47,573 bases of DNA, from the sequence record PX132564.1; one strand, written 5' to 3'. This DNA is from a phage. Below, piece by piece: positions 44,081 to 47,573 of the stretch. Each line of letters opens with the position of its first letter. The stretch's first letter is position 1. Below the pieces are notes generated by a model that saw only the letters and a program-made list of their open reading frames with translations, was not told where the DNA came from and did no database searches. The position numbers and the translations under genes are program-made.

Positions 44081-44261
44081 AAATCATATATTTTATGTAA
44101 ATCTGATATTTTGCCAATGTTGTACGCACTGGCAGTAATCCAAATTCAAGCCCGAGGTTTAAAGCCTTGGGCTTTTCTGTTTCTGAACGGTGAGTAGCCT
44201 TCCAACCTACCCCAGCCAGGGTGTCTTCAGCTGTTGAGTTGATATTGCTTAACCCTCTGTT

Positions 44262-44285
44262 GCCAGCTACATGCTGGCTTTTTTA
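44262..44285 (+). terminator. tR'-like rho-independent terminator in the late leader
   Basis: GCCAGC-tacat-GCTGGC followed by TTTTTTA; a second hairpin plus T run lies near 44147-44180; candidate -35 TTGCCA near 44113. Confidence 0.5.
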
Positions 44286-44401
44286 TTCCAGGCTTGCGGG
44301 GAGCATCAACTCCGTGCTTTGTCGTTAAATTACCCCGTGAGCCTGATTTCTGACATTTAACGTCCCGGCCTTTTGTCGGCGGCGAAACATTGGCTATTCA
44401 T

Positions 44402-44707
44402 ATGCACGAAAAAGAGAGCCTTGCCGGAGCGTTCTGGCTCGTTTTGCTGATCATCGCAGGTTGGGGCGGTCTGGTCCGCTACCTGATAGATGTGAAGCAG
44501 AGTAAAGCAACGTGGAGTTGGATAAATGCTCTGGCTCAAATAGTGGTATCAGGATTCACCGGTGTTATTGGTGGCCTGATCAGCATCGAAAGTGGATTCA
44601 GTATTTACATGATTCTCGCGACAGCGGGGATTAGTGGTGCGATGGGTTCGGTTGCACTGACGTACTTCTGGGAACGACTGACAGGGGTGAAAAATGCAAA
44701 ATCTTAA
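44402..44707 (+). CDS. S: holin (three predicted helices), not lambda S
   Basis: ORF directly upstream of and overlapping R; three hydrophobic segments; track ORF starts at TTG 44390, ATG at 44402. Confidence 0.65.
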   Translation: MHEKESLAGAFWLVLLIIAGWGGLVRYLIDVKQSKATWSWINALAQIVVSGFTGVIGGLISIESGFSIYMILATAGISGAMGSVALTYFWERLTGVKNAKS

Positions 44708-45170
44708 TCCTCAGCGTAAAGCCTTCCTCGATATGTTGGCGTGGTCAGAAGGAACGGATAACGGGCGACAACCGACACGTAACCACGGTTATGATGTTAT
44801 TGTTGGCGGCGAACTGTTTACTGATTACTCCGATCACCCTCGCAAACTTGTCACGCTACACCCCAAACTCAAATCAACAGCCGCCGGACGTTATCAGCTT
44901 CTTTCACGCTGGTGGGATGCTTACCGTAAACAGCTTGGTTTGAAAGACTTCTCCCCCAAAAGCCAGGACGCAGTGGCATTACAGCAGATTAAAGAGCGTG
45001 GTGCTTTACCGATGATTGATCGCGGTGATATCCGTCAGGCAATCGACCGTTGCAGCAATATCTGGGCTTCACTGCCGGGCGCTGGTTATGGTCAGTTCGA
45101 GCATAAGGCTGACAGCCTGATTGCAAAATTCAAAGAAGCTGGCGGAACGCTCAGAGAGAGTGAGGTATGA
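44694..45170 (+). CDS. R: endolysin R (lytic transglycosylase)
   Basis: 158 aa ...[46 protein letters not shown]..., lambda R. Confidence 0.95.
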   Translation: MQNLNPQRKAFLDMLAWSEGTDNGRQPTRNHGYDVIVGGELFTDYSDHPRKLVTLHPKLKSTAAGRYQLLSRWWDAYRKQLGLKDFSPKSQDAVALQQIKERGALPMIDRGDIRQAIDRCSNIWASLPGAGYGQFEHKADSLIAKFKEAGGTLRESEV

Positions 45171-45628
45171 GCAGAATAACCGCGATTATCTCCGCTCTGG
45201 TTATCTGCGTCATCGTCTGCCTTTCATGGGCGGTTAATCATTACCGCGATAACGCGATTACCTACAAAGCCCAGCGCGACAAAAATGCCAGAGAACTGAC
45301 GCTGGCGAACGCGGCAATTACTGACATACAGATGCGTCAGCGTGATGTTGCTGCGCTCGATGCAAAATACACGAAGGAGTTAGCTGATGCGAAAGCTGAA
45401 AATGATGCTCTGCGTGATGATGTTGCCGCTGGTCGTCGTCGGTTGCACATCAAAGCAGTCTGTCAGTCAGTGCGTGAAGCCACCACCGCCTCCGGCGTGG
45501 ATAATGCAGCCTCCCCCCGACTGGCAGACACCGCTGAACGGGATTATTTCACCCTCAGAGAGAGGCTGATCACTATGCAAAAACAACTGGAAGGAACCCA
45601 GAAGTATATTAATGAGCAGTGCAGATAG
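45167..45628 (+). CDS. Rz: spanin inner-membrane subunit Rz
   Basis: 153 aa [44 protein letters not shown]..., lambda Rz. Confidence 0.92.
   Translation: MSRITAIISALVICVIVCLSWAVNHYRDNAITYKAQRDKNARELTLANAAITDIQMRQRDVAALDAKYTKELADAKAENDALRDDVAAGRRRLHIKAVCQSVREATTASGVDNAASPRLADTAERDYFTLRERLITMQKQLEGTQKYINEQCR
45387..45569 (+). CDS. Rz1: spanin outer-membrane lipoprotein Rz1, embedded in Rz
   Basis: 60 aa [60 protein letters not shown], lipobox VVGC, Pro-rich; +1 frame inside Rz. Confidence 0.88.
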   Translation: MRKLKMMLCVMMLPLVVVGCTSKQSVSQCVKPPPPPAWIMQPPPDWQTPLNGIISPSERG

Positions 45629-45659
45629 AGCTGCCCATATCGATGGGCAACTCATGCAA

Positions 45660-45953
45660 TTATTGTGAGCAATACACACGCGCTTCCAGCGGAGTATAAA
45701 TGCCTAAAGTAATAAAACCGAGCAATCCATTTACGAATGTTTGCTGGGTTTCTGTTTTAACAACATTTTCTGCACCACCACAAATTTTTGCTGCATCGAC
45801 AGTTTTCTTCTGCCCAATTCCCGAAACGAAGAAATGATGGGTGATGGTTTCCTTTGGTGTTACTGCTGTAGGTTTGTTTCCAACAGTAAACGTCTGTTGA
45901 GCACATCCTGTAATAAGCATTGCCAGAGCGGCAGAAAACAACATTTTTTTCAT
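45660..45953 (-). CDS. bor: Bor lipoprotein (serum resistance)
   Basis: MKKMLFSAALAMLITGCAQQTFTVGNKPTAVTPKETITHHFFVSGIGQKKTVDAAKICGGAENVVKTETQQTF..., lambda Bor; start at internal ATG of track ORF. Confidence 0.92.
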   Translation of the reverse strand: MKKMLFSAALAMLITGCAQQTFTVGNKPTAVTPKETITHHFFVSGIGQKKTVDAAKICGGAENVVKTETQQTFVNGLLGFITLGIYTPLEARVYCSQ

Positions 45954-46433
45954 CTTATTATCCTGCATTGTTAAAAACGGCAGAATCCTATGTGACAACA
46001 ATTAAACGATAGTTAAATGGATTGATGAAAATTAAAACTACACAGGTGGGCTCAGACTATTGGAGGAAGTTGGGGACACTCAGAATCCTGTGGAATGAAA
46101 TAAACCGGTCTATCCGTCCATTACCCTTTTAGCTGCGCTGTATCGTCGCCGTATTCCCGCATTAACCATGACCGTAGCCCGACGGGGAATTCCTTCTGCG
46201 TGAGTGTGCGGGAATAATTAAAAACGATGCACACCGGGTTTTTACCGCGTTAATGATTCGCGGGTTTATCCCGGTGCGATGGTGGAAGAAACAGGAAGCT
46301 GTATTACAGAAAGTGCTACTACTGTATCCCGATGCGATGTATGTAATGTGAGTCAGATAATGGCACAGGATGTGGTGATGTGGCAGTCTGGAACACAGGA
46401 TATATTGTCAGAATAAGACCCGTAGGAATAAAA

Positions 46434-46760
46434 ATGAAAAGACGCCTTTTACTACTTTTTCTGTTATCTGTCCTGGCAGTGGGATGCTCGCAGCAAAAAG
46501 CTGATGAGCCCCGGCAATTAGTGACGGTGTATCCACGATATCCGGAATATGCTGCAGCAAATTATATCAAGGGGCTGGTTGAGGTTAAGTTCGATATTGG
46601 TGCTGATGGGACTGTGACACGGATCGTTTTTCTCCGCTCAGAGCCTCATAATTTGTTTCGTGATGAAGTGGTGAAGGCCATGGCGAAATGGCGATTTGAA
46701 AAGAATCGCCCCTGTCAGGGAGTGAAGAGACAATTTATCTTTACGCCGTCACGTCCTTGA
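46434..46760 (+). CDS. lipoprotein with TonB-C-terminal-like fold (putative envelope protein)
   Basis: MKRRLLLLFLLSVLAVGCSQ lipobox; YPRYPEYAAANYIKGLVEVKFDIGADGTV...AMAKWRF resembles TonB_C; AGGAAT RBS. Confidence 0.55.
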   Translation: MKRRLLLLFLLSVLAVGCSQQKADEPRQLVTVYPRYPEYAAANYIKGLVEVKFDIGADGTVTRIVFLRSEPHNLFRDEVVKAMAKWRFEKNRPCQGVKRQFIFTPSRP

Positions 46761-46882
46761 TGCTTCCAGGTAGAGAGGGGCTGGAAGCAGGAGAAAAATG
46801 AAAGAGCCAGCGGTTATATTTTTGTCATGGCTGACGAGGAATGATGGAAGAAGGCGTTGTATGCCACACAACGCCTCACTGT

Positions 46883-47062
46883 TCATTTCTTCTTTTTCTC
46901 TGGTGGAACCCGATGAATAAGAGTTGCACTGGTTTCCGATGAGATGGCGATATACTCGGGCAAAGTATGCTGGCAGTTTTCCAACTGGTCAAAAATACCT
47001 GCTCTCGTCTGTTGCAATGCCTGCAGCATGCGGCGGCAATGCGCCTTGCTTTTACTAACCAT
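46883..47062 (-). CDS. hypothetical small protein (59 aa)
   Basis: MVSKSKAHCRRMLQALQQTRAGIFDQL... preceded by strong RBS GAGGAAGGAAAG; chosen over the longer overlapping track ORF. Confidence 0.35.
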   Translation of the reverse strand: MVSKSKAHCRRMLQALQQTRAGIFDQLENCQHTLPEYIAISSETSATLIHRVPPEKKKK

Positions 47063-47123
47063 CTTTCCTTCCTCTATCAGTCGCTGCGTGAACTCATCAT
47101 GGAATACCAGGTAAATGCGGATG

Positions 47124-47375
47124 TTATCGGTTTTGGCTACGCAGCATAGTACAAAACGGACAGGTGCATCCCGGGACGGGGGAGGCGTCACATGTCCCTG
47201 TGATGGTTGTTCCGGGTAATGTACTGTGTGGGGCATAAAAATGTCCGATAATTTTACTTTCTACCGCAGTTAGTTGATTCGTTGGTCCTGGTAGCACATT
47301 GGGCGAGGATTTAAATGCCAGGCAACTGAAGGATGATGTCGCAAGGGAGATAGCGAGAATATTTCTGATTTTCAT
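47124..47375 (-). CDS. hypothetical small secreted protein (83 aa)
   Basis: MKIRNILAISLATSSFSCLAFK signal-peptide-like N-terminus, Cys-rich C-terminus; start at internal ATG of track ORF. Confidence 0.35.
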   Translation of the reverse strand: MKIRNILAISLATSSFSCLAFKSSPNVLPGPTNQLTAVESKIIGHFYAPHSTLPGTTITGTCDASPVPGCTCPFCTMLRSQNR

Positions 47376-47523
47376 TTGATGATGCCTCTGTGTGAAATGA
47401 CGGTAAACGACGCACTTGTGCCGGCACATAATAGCAAGCACCATAATAGATCAGATTCGATTCTTGCTGTAAGTGATAATTATTCTCGTTTTCGGGTCCT
47501 TTCCGTCGATCCAACAGGTTACG

Positions 47524-47535
47524 GGGCGGCGACCT
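47524..47535 (+). other. cosN cohesive-end sequence GGGCGGCGACCT
   Basis: Identical to the lambda 12-nt cohesive end as I recall it, followed by the lambda left-end leader that continues into position 1. Confidence 0.75.
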
Positions 47536-47573
47536 CGCGGGTTTTCGCTATTTATGAAAATTTTCCGGTTTAA

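Noticed and set aside
46883-47236. 117-aa minus-strand track ORF near the right end
   Set aside because: Its 5' part overlaps the signal-peptide ORF in another frame; only the 3' 59 codons have a convincing RBS.

Overview
The window reads as a complete, circularly permuted lambda-like temperate phage genome of about 47.5 kb. The 12-nt cohesive-end sequence GGGCGGCGACCT sits at 47524-47535, and the window start continues directly into the cosB/nu1 leader. All calls are from reading the sequence and recalled protein families; no database search was run. Motif coordinates are approximate to within a few bases.

Layout, left to right:
- 140-18906: lambda-type packaging, head and tail genes (nu1, A, W, B, C/nu3, D, E, FI, FII, Z, U, V, G/G-T with the GGGAAAG slippery site, H, M, L, K, I, J).
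- 18959-21567: a side tail fibre with a lambda Stf-like N-terminus and an unrelated AT-rich C-terminal half, followed by two small ORFs.
- 21659-25108 (minus strand): a sitABCD-type Mn/Fe ABC transporter cargo operon, with MntR- and Fur-box-like sequences upstream.
- 25500-26850: an IS3-like transposase remnant, an AT-rich 252-aa orphan gene and a small one-helix ORF.
- 26895-28671: attP carrying about 165 bp of the icd 3' end, flanked by TTCCCCAAAA direct repeats, then int and xis (minus strand).
- 28811-32304 (minus strand): small early-left ORFs, then lambda-type exo, bet, gam and a kil-like ORF.
- 32650-34590: a non-lambda immunity region (LexA/S24-type cI, cro, GTTGTT/AACAAC operator repeats, no N-like ORF, an rrn-like boxA after cro) and a CII/YdaT-like protein.
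- 34677-36304: lambda-type O (with ori iterons) and P.
- 36554-41542: in the nin position, a 1302-aa invasin/intimin-family adhesin containing a perfect 2 x 357-bp tandem duplication, convergent with a lipoprotein alpha/beta-hydrolase esterase.
- 41990-44080: ninB-like, ninE-like, ybcO-like, rusA, ylcG-like and a putative Q antiterminator.
- 44402-47375: holin (not lambda S), lambda-type R, Rz, embedded Rz1, bor, and small envelope-type ORFs.

The strongest candidates for something undescribed are the AT-rich orphan gene next to attP and the adhesin/esterase pair in the nin region.
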